Assembly (NCBI GenBank): GCA_013239625.1
Contig: MU056216.1
Location: forward strand, 5,686,644 to 5,750,643
From: Lama guanicoe
Taxonomy: Eukaryota
DNA: 64,000 nt
Reading direction: 5' to 3'
Position numbers and translations under genes: made by a program. Of this stretch, positions 49,664 to 62,699 are shown in pieces; position 1 is the stretch's first letter; the number at the start of each line of letters is the position of its first letter. The notes beneath the pieces were generated by a model. That model searched no databases, was not told the DNA's origin, and saw only the letters and a program-made list of their open reading frames with translations.

Positions 49664-50413
49664 CTGAACAGGGAAAACATAGTTTATGCTGCTGGGCTGG
49701 TTTCCAGCAGTTTCTCCTTGAGTTGAGATGTTGTTACATTACATTATAATAGTGATGAATTTGGGGGCGGGGGAGCCCCTCACTCTTCAAGTCCTCTCTT
49801 TTGCGTTGCTTGTATCATGTAATAATTTTACCTCTGCTTCAGAGCGCTGTGAAAACATAGTTCATGTGTATGGATTGTTGCTCATGAAAATCTTTCATGA
49901 GGAATTTATTTGTATTAATCAAAATGAATATACACAGTTTAATTTCACCTGTGTCAATTGCCTAATATAATGATAAGGAGAGATTTTAGTGGAAAATAGT
50001 GAAAAATACAGGTCTAAAAAAATAGTGAAAAAAATATAGGTCTAATTTTGAGCTGAGATGGTTCCTAGAAAAAAATATAGAAATTTTTCTATCAAGAAAG
50101 AGGGATCCCCAAGTCCCAAGGAGATGGCTGAAGAAGGTCTATTGAGAGATGAGGATTACAGGACCCCCCACAAGGACAGAAGGTCTGAGAGCTGAAGCTG
50201 CCTGTCCAGGCAACTGGAAGAATTACCTCATTTTACAGAACCATCCCCAGCTAAGTGCACAAAATCCAAGTAATCCATCCCAAGATGAGATAACTTTATG
50301 GTCACCTTTCCACCTCAGAATTCTTTCTGTGATTCCTATGGTTCCCTGATTGTCCAGAGGCCAGAATGTTGCTCGTCCTATCAAGCAATTTACAGCTTTT
50401 TGATTCTGTTCAT

Positions 50414-50565
50414 NNNNNNNNNNNNNNNNNNNNNNNNNNNNNNNNNNNNNNNNNNNNNNNNNNNNNNNNNNNNNNNNNNNNNNNNNNNNNNNNNNNNNNN
50501 NNNNNNNNNNNNNNNNNNNNNNNNNNNNNNNNNNNNNNNNNNNNNNNNNNNNNNNNNNNNNNNNN
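50414..50565. other. Assembly gap
   Basis: Run of N. Confidence 0.99.
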
Positions 50566-51392
50566 GTTGGCTCATTTATTTCGAGGAATTGGTTCATGCA
50601 GTTCTGGGACTGGCAAATCCTACATTTGCAGGGCAGGTTAGCAGGCTGAAAATTCCAGCAAGAGCTGATTTCTCAGTCCCCACCCCCACCCCCACCCCCA
50701 GCTTCACTGAGATATAACTGGCACATAACATTGTATAAGTTTAAGGTATACAATGTGTTAACTTGATTCACTTATATATTGCAAAATGATGACCACCATA
50801 GCATTAGCCAAACCTCCATCCTGTCACATAATTACCATTTCTTTTTTTGTATTGAGAATATTTATGATCTATTCTCTTAGCAGCTTTCAACCATCTGATC
50901 GAGTATTATAAGCTCTAATCACCATGCTGTACATTAGATCCCCCAAACTGTTAGTCTTATAACTGGAAGTTTATACCCTTTGACCAGGATCTCCCCATTT
51001 CCTCCAGCCCTCCGCCCCTGGTAACCACCACTCTATTACCTGTTTCTCTGAGTTTGACTCTTTTAGATTCCACAACTAGGTGATATCACACAGTATTTGT
51101 GTTTCTCTGTCTAACTTATTTCACTTTTGATGCTGCAATCTTGAGCCTGAAGGCAGTCTGGAGGCAGAATTCCTTCTTTCTCAAGGGCCCTCAGCCTTTT
51201 CTCTTATGACCTTCAACTGACTGGTTGAGACCCATTCATATTACAGAGGGTAACTTCCTTTACTCAAAGCCTACTGATTTAAATTTTAATCATATCTGAA
51301 AAATACTTTCATGGCAACGTGTAGGCTGATATTTGACCAAACAACTAGGCACCACAGCCTAGCCAATTTGACACATAAAATTAACCATCACA
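50566..51392 (-). mobile_element. MLT2 LTR interrupted by an L1 3' fragment (about 50700-51125)
   Basis: gaggaattggttcatgca...; tctggaggcagaattcc...ttgacacataaaattaaccatcaca; L1 actgagatataactggcacataac inside. Confidence 0.8.
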
Positions 51393-53044
51393 GAGGCAAA
51401 ATATCTCTGGGGGAAATATTACATTAGCATTTTAAAGTTCACTTGAGGGGCATTTAAATTCAAATTCAAAGTACTTGTAGGATGGAGAAAATAGTTTTGG
51501 ATTGGTATCTGGATAATACCTGTTCTGGTACCATTTTAGTCACTCTCTGGCTGTGTGACTTTGGGCAGGCACTTGACATCTCTGAGCCTCATCTCTGTCA
51601 TCCCCCAAACAAGTAGGCTGGACTCTATGTATTAGTTTATTCATTTTTGTTTCTCTGATTTAACAAAAAAACTTAATGAGTCTCTTAAGATAGGCCCGTC
51701 TAGGTCTATGTTTGATATTAGAATTTTCCTAGAAGTCTGCATTATAGAGACAGCTTAGTGAATTTTTATCAAGTTCAAGACTGTGACAGACAGCAACAGC
51801 TTCACAGCTGGTCTATTGCACATTTTCTTTCATTTTCCTTCCAGTGTGAGGCAGCTTCCCATCCCATGACCTTTCCGCATGAAGAGCTGGAGGCCAGGAT
51901 ATAAAATATTGATTTTTCTTAAGTATAGCTCTTGCTTGAGTGTGATGGGTTCTTCGGTTAATGTCTAATTAATGACAAGACTCCACCATATGGTTTAATG
52001 AAAAATATCCTTAAAATAATAAAAACGTAAGTGACTTCCTGGCCTTCGGATATCACTCTCAGAAAAGAAACATATTTTATAACAATTTAAAGCCACAAAA
52101 CGAGACTAAAGAGACATTTTAAAATACATTGTGTTCACCAATGTCCTATATTATATTTAAGTCCATTAAATACAGTAATGAGCTAAACTGCTGAAATAGA
52201 GTCGAGCTTGGTTAAAGTGAATTTGGCTCTCATCTTTCACCCAGCTGTCCCGTGAGGTGACTGGAGAGGGCTCTGGAGAGAGGAGGAGTGTGAGCGGGAA
52301 GGGGAAATGGCAAGCACCCCCATTTTAGGAAATGAGGAGGGGGCCGTCGCATCCCCAGCACTCTCTATGCCCAGCATCCTCGGATACTGTGAATGAAATG
52401 GGTGCCAACTATCCAGCAACTCCTAAACCTATGGCTGCTCTCCCGGCATTCCCAGCCATTTCAGAACCTAGAAGGTCCTCCTCCGTAGTGAAGCCTGAGA
52501 GAAAGACCCACCCCCCCCCACCCCGGGAGCCCCAGCCGCCGCCAGGGCTGGGCTGGTGTGGAACCTGCATCTGGACCCCTGGGAATTCTGCACTGAGGTG
52601 GTCATTGCACTGGCCTCGTAATAACACATCTCTGTGTTTTAAGTGATTGAATTTCTAGACCCCATATACCGGGTCAGGGTGGAGATGCTGACAGTGATAC
52701 ATAGTAAGAACCCATTAAATAGTCTATTATATTTAAAGTTTGAACAGATTTCAGAAGTCACACCCATTGTCGCATATACGTCCGTAAATTTGTCTTAACA
52801 TCTCTTCACAGCCAGGGCAAGATCTCACCTGACATAAATCTCTTCAATTTGGAAATGAGGGTGGGAAAGGAGTGTTTTTTATTCCTTAAGAGTCAAACTT
52901 TGTTCTGTAGAAGGGAAATCCAGATTTGAATTCCTATTTTTTTATACATTTGGTGACGAATGTTTATCCAACATTCAGACTTTGGGGTGCCCCATAATAT
53001 TCCAGACCTCAGTGCCCCATGAGGACATTATGGGACCACCATAC

Positions 53045-53241
53045 TTTTCAGTGCCCAAATTATCGTAGCCAGAAATCGTTTTCCCTCCAAGGTTCCCCTT
53101 GCCGTTTCTGAGTCCTCCCAGGAGGCTGTTTCGGAGTGATCAGAATCAGATGAGCACCCTAATCTTCTCTGTCCTCCTGATCAAGTCCTCCCACTCTGGC
53201 TTTGACGTCCACGCCTGTATTTCTTCTGACACAGCTGTCAT
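53045..53241 (-). pseudogene. Pseudo-exon 1 (candidate first coding exon): MTAVSEEIQAWTSKPEWEDLIRRTEKIRVLI*F*SLRNSLLGGLRNGKGNLGGKTISGYDNLGTE
   Basis: ATG at 53241, 65 codons + 2 nt, donor AA|gtatgg. The phase-2 end joins the next exon in frame. Two TGA stops, compatible with CGA deamination. The start is uncertain (an AG acceptor lies about 15 nt upstream). Confidence 0.55.
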
Positions 53242-54334
53242 CAGACAACGAGAAAACTGTTAAAACCCTTGACTTCGGGAGGAGGGGACTTCTCTTTGAC
53301 CACCGTGTCCACAACACGAAATGAGCCCTTTCCCAATTCCCCACAGCCCAGCTGAAGCAGGTTACAGCTTTTAATTCAACTTGACTTGGCAGGTGCTCGG
53401 ATAAAGGAAGGAAAACTACCAATAGGAAAAAAAAAAAAGGGAGCGATTTCCAACTGCTGCTGCCAGTGCCTTGTTTTAGACCCCATGGACGCAAGCGGAC
53501 TTCAGCATCTCCTGCAGCCTGCCTTCCAGCAGGGCTCCATTCCCACTTGAGCCCAGCCTTCCGACCGTCCCCATCTCATCGCTGGTGGAAGCATCTTGTG
53601 TCTCGGAACCTGCAGCGAATCTCCCCCTCCCGGCTCTGGACTGAAAAGGCTGTGTTTTTTCCTCGCTCTCATGCAAAGCCCTCTCTTCAGAACTTACTTC
53701 TTCCTACAGTGGAGGTGTAGGCTTATCCTTTTAATTTTCTTTTAAGAAACATTAATTTTCAGATATATTCAGATTTTTAAAACTTTTAGAATAAACCCCA
53801 CTCAGGTATGTGAATTCATTATTTGAACTTCATAAGAGTCCTACATAGCTACTTTGCCAAAGTCGGTGTTCTTTAATCGAAAATGCAAACAAAAACCTGA
53901 ATGAAGAGTCCAGTTGTGTGATTTCTGTCTCCTCCAGCATGACCTTGAGGAAATGTTTGCATGTCTTTATTCTCTTCCTTCTACTGTATCTGCACATTCT
54001 TGCAAACGAATGCTCATCAGAGAACGCAATGAACTCTAAAGAATCTAAGACATTCTAGTCCAATACTTAAGGAACCTATTTAGTTCTGCTAAAAGATATA
54101 CCTAGTTTAAATCACTGAAAACAGCTCCTAACTTCTCAGCTTGAAGGTTCATCATTGTTAAGTTAATTTTCCTGCATTTAGATGTTTCTCTAGGTTGATC
54201 AGTAGATACTTCTTTTTTCCCCCCTCAGAACAAATAGAAAGTTTATCTGTCTTTGGTAAATTTACCACTTAAGAAATATGAACAGCTCAAACCTTCAAGT
54301 TAAAGTTTTTCCAGACTTCGAAATATATATTTAC

Positions 54335-54830
54335 AAACCCACCATCCCATTCCTAAGCATTACCCAAGAGAAATGAAAACAGAAACGTGCACATGAAGAC
54401 TTGTGTATGAACGTTTATAGAAGCCTTGTTTATAAGAATCATTTGTAATAGCCCCAAACCAGAAACACCCAATCAGTTAGTGAGTGGATAGACAAATTAT
54501 GGTTAATCAATACAATGGAATACTTCTCAGCAAAGATGGGAAGACACTACTAATTTTACCCAACAGCTTGAAGGAATCTCAGAAGCATTATGTTTAGTAA
54601 AAGAAGCCAGACTTTTTAAAAAGATTGCATATCAAATTTATATGACATTTCAGAAAATAGGTAAAGAATCCCAATCTTGGTGGCCAGGGTCTGGCTTTAG
54701 AGAGAGAGAACTGGGTGATAAAGGAAATGAAGGAACTTGAAGGAGTGGTAAAATTATTTTGAATCTTGATTGTAGTGGTGGCTATACTTACTGAACTTAA
54801 AAAGGGTGAATTTTACTGGAAAGACTCACT
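54335..54830 (+). mobile_element. L1M 3' fragment
   Basis: cattcctaagcattacccaagagaaatgaaaac...caatacaatggaatact...aaaagaagccagac. Confidence 0.75.
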
Positions 54831-55697
54831 AACACTGACTATTAAAAAACGATTCTGTGTGCACACTCTTTATGTGTGTTATACCTTAATGACACCTCCC
54901 AGCTACTCCACTGAATGAGTGCCAACACATCTACTTAAAAATGAAGAAACTGGGCTTGAAGAAGTCAAGCAGCTTACCGCAGGAAGTGACCCCAGGGCTG
55001 TTGATTCTGCTAATATCATTCTCCCAACTGCGTGTATCAGTACGGTTTAGCTTTTTTTAATTAATGATTTTTTTGAATGTGAAAATGATTGGTGATCATT
55101 TTAAAGGACTTAAACAATAAAGAGAGGTGAAAAAAAAGAGGAGTGAGGGAACTCACTCTAAATGGTCCTGTGCCCATATAGCCGTTAACCTTAGGGGAAC
55201 ACCATCCTAGACACTTTTCTATGCACATATTCAGAGAGAAGGAGAGATGAATTGATTCTTCCTTATTGAGCAGTTACTATGTGCCAGGAACCTATGCCCT
55301 GAGGAGACAAAGGATCAAGATAGTGTCTCCCTGTGTAGAGTTTGTTCTAATATGAGATACAGATTTAAAGAACTGTATACATATAAGATCACAGAGTGAG
55401 AAAATTTAAGATCCAATTGGTATGCAAAACTTCTCTGTGGGAGCCTTTTCTTTTGTGCAGAAACCCAAGTGAAGTGAGGGGGGGAATCCATGGGAACATC
55501 ACAGGGAAGAGCCTTCCAGGCAGAGGGACAAGAAGGGCAAAGCTTATCTGGCTCGGAGGATTTGAGGCGCTGCAAACCGCCCCCTCCCCTAGAAGGCATT
55601 CCCTTCACCCAGACCAGGGAGCTCCTACTCTTTCTAACGCTAGCATTGATCAAATTGTTACAGTATCACCAGCTCTCTTTAAAATTCTTCAGTTTAG

Positions 55698-56105
55698 ATC
55701 CTCACTACTATATATAAAATAGATAACAAGGTCCTCCTGTCTAGCACAGGGAGCTACATTCAATAGCTTGTAATAGCCTATAATGAAAATTTTGAAATTT
55801 ACAAATGTTAGCCACACTGTATAAAAATAAATAAAAAAACAAACTTCTTCTGTACAGCACAGAGAACTATATTCAATATCGCGTACAGAATATGAAAATG
55901 AATATATGTATATATACGCATGCCTAGAACATTATGCTGTACACCAGCAATTGACACATTGTAACTGACTATACTGCAATTAAAAAAAGAAAAATATGAA
56001 AATGAATATATATGACTGAATCACTATGCTGTATGCCAGAAATTAACACAACATTGTAAACCGACTATATGTCAAATAAAATTTTTAAATAAATAAAAAA
56101 TAAAC
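55698..56105 (+). mobile_element. Nested L1 3' ends
   Basis: Two copies of the agcacagg/agaactatattcaata...tatgctgtacaccag...acattgtaa terminus, each ending in an A-rich tail. Confidence 0.8.
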
Positions 56106-56499
56106 AAAATGCTTCAGTTTATTAAAATGGTATTGTGTATGTGCCAGTCAGTTACGCTAGAGCTGGGGGAGCGGCGCACTAACATGCCATCAGGAACGTC
56201 CAGTCCAGTGGCGGACAGCCCGCAGCACTATCTCCCGGGAAAGCTATACAAGCGCTCTGCTAACTGTGTCTCCATCCATAAGTGACATTATTTTAGCGTA
56301 CTGAGTGTCCGGAAAAGCTAGTGACTCATTACCAGGATGACTATTAAGAATTCTCACTGATGAAGTTAGATGTATTGATGGTAAGTGGATTCAGCAAAGA
56401 GTTCTGAGCCACTCTCCACTGGAGCATGACGAGCCTGTAACTAAATTTCTAACCTATACTTTTAAGCATGGTGCCCTAGACCTACTCTTCCCCACCTCC

Positions 56500-56985
56500 C
56501 TTTTTTTTAAATTAAGTATAGTCAGTTTACAATGTTGTGTCAGTTTCTAGTGTACAGCATAATGTTTCCGTCGTACGTGTACATGCATATATTCCTTTTC
56601 ATATTCTTTTCGATTATAGGTTACTGGAAGATACTGAGTAGAGTTCCCTGTGCTAGACAGTATAAACCTGTTGTTTATCTGTCTCATACATAGTCATTAG
56701 CATCTGCAAATCTTGAACTCCTAATTCATCCCTTCCTACCCTCTCCTCCTCCCTGGTAACCATAAGTTTGTTTTCTATGTCTATGAGTCTGTTTCCATTT
56801 GTTCATTTGGGTCTTCTTTTTTTTTTTTTTTCAGAGTCCACATATAACTGCTATCATATGGTATTTTTCTTTCTCTATCTGACTTACTTCACTTAGTATG
56901 ATGATCTCTAGTTTCATCCATGTTGCTGCAAACGGCGTGATTCCATTCTTTCTTATGGCCGAGCAGTGTTCCCACGTGTCTGCTG
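56500..56985 (-). mobile_element. L1 3' end fragment
   Basis: Same subfamily as 11905-12512. Track ORF 56831..57109 contains the L1 ORF2 C-terminal peptide PFAATWMKLEIIILSEVSQ. Confidence 0.9.
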
Positions 56986-59869
56986 TGCTAACGAGTGTTT
57001 TGTTTAATAACTGTGGTTGACTTTGGTCTGAGGCTTGCTTTTGCGAGGGAGTGGCTGCCCCTCGCCATCTCAGACTTCTTGGGTAGCTACAGATGCCCAC
57101 CAAAAACAACCCAAGACATGTGCGTGACTAAACTGACAGTTCAGTTTGCAATAACACTTAACTCAGATTTCACCACCTCCATGAAGCCCTCCCTGGCATC
57201 TCTTCATGCCTCTTGCCATCAACCTTAGGTGCCCCTTCCTTGTCCCTGTAATACTCTATGGATATGTCTATCAACGAACTTAGTTTTCTCCACTATATTG
57301 TGAGTTCCTGGAGGAAAGGTACGGTTTCTTATTCATCTTTGTATCCTCAGCCCTGGGGACTATAAGTAATATTGAAAGGGACCATATGCGCTAGCCCTGT
57401 ACTGTGTGCCAGGCACTGCAGGAGGGTCTGAAGATAACCAAATGAAAAGACAGACCTAGTTACTGTTCTCCAGGAACCACAGTCTCGTGACAAGACTAAA
57501 ATCCAAAATTTTACAGGAGACGTTATTTAAATTAATGAAGTATTAGGAAGCAGACATGCAGGTTACCAAGAGAGTGTATAAAAGGAGGATAACCAAATAA
57601 AGGAATGAAAAGGAAAATTTCCTTACAGAACGTAAATTAAGGTAGAGTTATTTATTGTTATGTTTACTATCTGAGTCCCAGTGTCTGGAAAAATAGGTCA
57701 GAGTGCTAAACATCTTGTCAAAAATATAAGATAAAGGTCTAAAGAGCCTTGTCTTTCTAGTCATTAAGATACATCCCTTTATAATGACTCAACAAAAGGC
57801 TTAAAAACTGCCCAATCTAGGCAGTGCTTACACGAAGTCAAACCAAATCAACACAAAATACTTGCAGTCAGATGTCTGGTGTCTTGCAGAGAGATGTCAT
57901 CCATCAAGTACACGTTTAGTTTGCAGATGCCAGGGGACCAATGTGACAGAACAAAAGTTGATATTTTTAAAACAAAGTTGTTGATAGATGAGGAGACAGA
58001 ATAATAGAATGTTGGAGCCGGACAGGATCCCAAGAGTATGAATGACTTGGCCAACTTTAAACTTTTCTTCTATTAAGTTTCTTGGGCTTCCTGACCAGGG
58101 CTTTCCACCCTGTAGTTACCTCTCATGAGCCCAGTGGAGGCCACAGCCATGAGACAGAAGAGAAGCAGTTGCAACCAAGGGTCCGAAGAAGGAAAGAAAC
58201 ACACATGGGTATCTTGAACGCAGTCACCGCCATCTTGGACAGGGGACCACAAGGCTGTAACTGGGCTGACCTATGGTTGTGGAACTATAGGTGACTTTCC
58301 CTTTATCTGTCTTCCATATTTTCCAAGTTTTCTGTCATGATAGTAGCGAACAAAGTCCTTAGCTATTTAAGAGCTACATATTGGTTTTTTAGGACTCCAA
58401 CTAATGTTTGATATAATGTACACTTCTTTGTGGAGAAATGGATGTATTTAGATACACAAAAAATGTCCTGGAGAAATAAGAAGCTCCTGAGATTACAGCA
58501 GTGGCTAAAGAGATTTTTATCCTTTTGGGAAATATTTTAATTATCTATGTACTTAACTAATTAAACAATTGATTTTTAAAAGGAATATTCTAGCTTCCTG
58601 TGTGACCTCAGCTGCTGATTTTGCTTCCTTAAGAGGTGAGTGGCTCTTTGTTCTCTGATGACAGTAACTGCAGTGTTCGGCAACCTTCCCATCATATAAC
58701 TGAAATGTTGTGGCTCATCCACAAGATTTGTAGTGTCTGCCTTCAGAGCAGAACTGACTGAGATACGGCAGCTGACTGCTCACTTGTACCCGTCATGTGG
58801 GGCTGGTGTAACAAGCAGATGGACAGCGAGAGTTCCAACCAGTGATCATCTCTGCTTTAGATGCGTAGACTTTCTAATTGTGCTATAATATGTTTAATGA
58901 GCTCTGGAGGCAGAGAACATAGGGTGAAACAGAGCAAATCGTGGTTCTAAGATATTCTCTCCTATTGAGTCAGTCTCTCCCTGAAACCCAAGATGACATT
59001 ATTTTGTTATCTGATGACAGTTGCTAAATTGTTTCTGTCAGTTAATGTGCCATTAGCTGAACTGCTTCAGGAGGGTGTTCCTTCTAAGATGAAGAGGGCG
59101 TGTTTTACATGAGAATGGTCTTTTTAATCACTTCAAGGCTCCCGCCTCTACCCAACCATGTAGGTGATAAGGAGACATCTGGAGACATAGGTTCTAAAAC
59201 ACTGGTAATTTGGATCTGCTTTGGAACTTCTTTATCCATCTTGAGAGGCTGCCAGGAGACAGTGACCTTGAAGAGTCAGGTAAGATGCTAGCAATGGTCT
59301 CGAAGTCTTAAGAGGCAGGGGGAGCAGGGGGAGCTACAGCAGATTTAGCAACAGGGCAAATTTTCCTAGGTTTTTACTGGAGCAGGTGTCCTGTGGCCAG
59401 TTTGAAGTGATTATTACTGAGTCCACTGCAGGCTCTGATGCTTTGCTGTATTAATCATTTGAGGTCAGTCCCACTGTTGGACAGACGCCTCGCCCAACTT
59501 CAGCTCAGGCTCTCAGTTCCATCCTCATCGTCATAATTATCATCATCACCGTCATCAAAATAACAGCTGCAGTTCTACTGAGCACTTAGTAAGCGCTCAG
59601 ACACGGCAGGCACTATAACTGCTATTCCTGTGTTTCAGGCTCTGTGTTAAGGCACCTTTGCTAAGATGCTTTACAGATGCTAGAAATAAGCTCTTGGGTG
59701 TGACGCAACCTGCTGAATGTCACATGGCTGCAAGTGGTGAGGCTGAGATCTGAGCTCAGTGCTGCCAGAGTGCAGAGGCTGCATCCTCATACGAGATGCT
59801 TCCCGCTCCTTCCTTGCCCTGCCACCCACTCCTCAGACTCTGTCCAGCTACGGGACCATGTTCATGCTC

Positions 59870-60897
59870 TGCTATGGTAGGCAGAAGAGTGGATGCCCAA
59901 AGATGTCCACCTCCAAGTCCCCAGACTCTGTGAACATCATCTGTTACACGGCAAAGGGGAATTAAGGCTGCAGGTGGAAATGAGATCGCTAACCAACTGA
60001 CCTGGAGATGTACAGATTATCCTCAATCATCAGGGTGGGTCTAAGGTGATCACAGGTAAGAAGGAGGCAGAGGATGTGATGGAGCAGCAGCTTAGAGTGA
60101 TTCCACGTGAGAAAGCCCAACCAGCCATCGCTGGCTTTGAAGAAAGAGGGAGAGGCCGCAAGCCAAGGAGTGCAGGCAGCCTTTAGAAACCGGAAAAAAC
60201 AAGAAAGTGCATCCTCTCTGAAAAGGTTAATTTTACGGTCATTTTGACTGGGCTGTGGGGTGCCTAGAATACACCTTACTTCTGGCTGTACCTGTGAAGG
60301 TGTGTCCAGATGAGACTGGCATTTGAATTGATGGACTCAGTAAAGTAGACGACCCTCCTCAGTGTGGTGGACATCATCCCACCTGCACTGGTGGGTGAGG
60401 GCCTGCATGGAACAAAAACCAGAGAGACAGAGTTTTTTTTTTTTCTGTCTTTCTCCCTCTATCTGACGGCTTGAGCGGGAACATCTGTCTTTTCCTGCCC
60501 TTGGACTGAAGTTTGGCTTCCCTGATTCTCAGGCCTTTGGACTCAGCCGGAATCACACTGCCAGATTTCCTGGATCAGCTTGTAGACAGCAGATTGTGGG
60601 ATTCTCAGCCTCTGTGATCGTGTGAATCGTAACAATCCTCATGATAAATCTCATGTGTATCTATGTGCTTGTAACTGTATCTGTACATTACTGGTTTCTG
60701 CTTCTCTGGAGAATCCTTACTAATACACTTCTCTAGAGCATCCAAAACAGGAACACAGCCTTTCAGTTCCTTAATTTTAGTCTAATGAAATCCATTTTGG
60801 ATTTCTGACCTCCAGTACTGAAAGATAATCAATTTGTATTGCTGAAGTGACTAAGCACGTGGGAATCTGTACAGCAGCCCTAGAAAATTATTGCACC
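59870..60897 (+). mobile_element. MLT1 LTR with nested MLT2 LTR (about 60220-60728)
   Basis: tatggtaggcagaagagtggatgcccaaagatgtcc...catcctctc | ggttaattttacggtcattttgactggg...ttactaataca | ctctagagcatcca...gataatcaatttgtattg. Confidence 0.8.
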
Positions 60898-62699
60898 TGC
60901 TGATGACAGAATGAGAAATTAAATTAGGAGTGGCCCTGAACCAAACCAGGGAAGACTGAACGTAGAATCCAAGCAAGACTACACAAGAAACGGACAAAGC
61001 CTGCAGCTAATCGCAGTTGTAAAATCAGAGAGGAGCTATTCCCACCCATGGACCAAGCTCCATGGGGTTGGCAGTGGCTAACACACATTCAGGCATGGAA
61101 AAGACTGAAGAAGGATGTGGTGAGTGGGGAGACAGCCTGGCACAAGGCACGTATGCAGTGTAGAATAATGAGATTATCTGTTATTTTGTCTAAATGATAA
61201 ACGTGTTGAGTGATATCTTTTCTTGACTTAATGTTAACTTTGAGAGAGTTTCACTATTAACTTTCAGGATTATTGAACAGCTTGTATAATTAGACATTGC
61301 CATAGTGATTAATGGATTGTTTTGCCTTATTATTAATTCATTCATCATCAAACACCTTCCAAACTCAGTTTTATCTATTTCCAATCATATCCAAAGGGTT
61401 TTCTAATTTAGAAGGAGAGACAAGGACATATATTCACATATATAGTGATGGGGACACTTCCTTATACATGTGGGTTTTTAAGACTAGATCATCAAAAGCA
61501 TATTATAGAGACTGAAGTGAGAATCCAGTTTTGCTCCTTAATATGGAAAGGAGCCAAGGTGAGTTTCTTCTCTCCAATGAAACTCAATTTATTTTTACCC
61601 ATAAAGTAAAAACAGCCATGCCTGGTCTAGAGTGTTGCGAGGAGTTAATGAGACAATACGTATCCACACTGTACAGAGAGCTGGGTTATATTCAGTGGAG
61701 ATCATGGAGGCTGCTCTGCAGTGCTGTTCAGAGGTCACAGATGTCCTTTGTGAAATGACTGGCATTATACCTGGCACATGCCTGGGTCCTAGCAGGCAGC
61801 TGTGTGTGCACCGTGGGTTGGCTCAGGTTCTGTTCCACATTGTCCTCACTCAGATCCAGGTGCTCAGAGCAGCCACTTTATGAAAGATTGCCATCTGCCA
61901 AGGCAGAGGGAGGGGAAGGAAGCTCTGAGGATCCCACACTGGCAACTGTGACACAGCTTTGGGTTTTTCTCATGATTTATTGACCAGAGCTAGCGTCCCC
62001 ATTCACCCATCAGTGAGCAAAATTCCTCCATGTGCCTGGATATTGGAGAACTGAACATATTTAGAAAATAGCATTACTGACTATCACAAAATTAAAAACT
62101 AAATTCTGCATAATTTTCCCCAAATCTATTTTTCTTTTTTTTTCAGCACCTTGGATCGTGGCACTGCCATTTCCTAGTCACCCAATGCCAGAAGGCTGGA
62201 CTCACAGAGAAGGCCTCACATCCATATTACAGGGCCATCATGCCATAGTAATCGTTCTATGTGCCATTAATTTATTTGCATATCCAATTAAAAATGAACT
62301 GTGACATGATGAATTCTAGCCCATTCTAGAAATGTGATTACTTCTAAGGCTAAATATGATTCTCTTAACATTTATGGAGAAACCCTTAATAAACAAAATA
62401 CTCAATTACATATGGATATAAAAACATGCCCAAACACAGCATGTGTTCTGTATCATTTAGGTCACCTTTTCTAATGGAGAAAAAAATATCATTGCTAAGG
62501 TTAAATGAGACCTTCCCCCCTTGACTCGTACAGACATCAGCTAAGAGCCGCGAGTCTGAAGACCCTTCCTCCCATCCCAGACCTGCTTTAGCAAAATCTT
62601 CACCTCTGGGATGAGAATCTTCTTCGTGTCTGGATTGCTAAAATTTCTTCATTCACTCATTTATTTCCCCAGAATGATCGCTTGGCAAGCACCGAGCTG

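Larger units (their letters stand above)
20568..53241 (-). pseudogene. Multi-exon unprocessed pseudogene (about 20 coding exons, about 1,700 aa reconstructed) for an uncharacterised protein with a Cys/His-rich N-terminus and four AlbA_2/Schlafen-like modules
   Basis: Manual minus-strand reconstruction: consecutive exons bounded by AG/GT whose phases mostly join in frame (e.g. ...INDCLL|V-LYAQNY...LPGHQ|EEANQYRILGM; ...PHS|R-LEDPYAV; ...FLGTE|VHPTGN; ...EIRV|G-SKLRA; ...AHYWH|SSFSQN; ...GIFFG|E-ECDNSFRVSG). Scattered TAA/TAG/TGA codons and homopolymer frameshifts throughout. Confidence 0.85.

Noticed and set aside
20568-53241. Calling the locus an intact CDS, or naming it SLFN, SLFNL1 or SAMD9
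   Set aside because: There are too many substitution-derived stops for sequencing error alone. Exon number and architecture do not match those genes, so no symbol is assigned.
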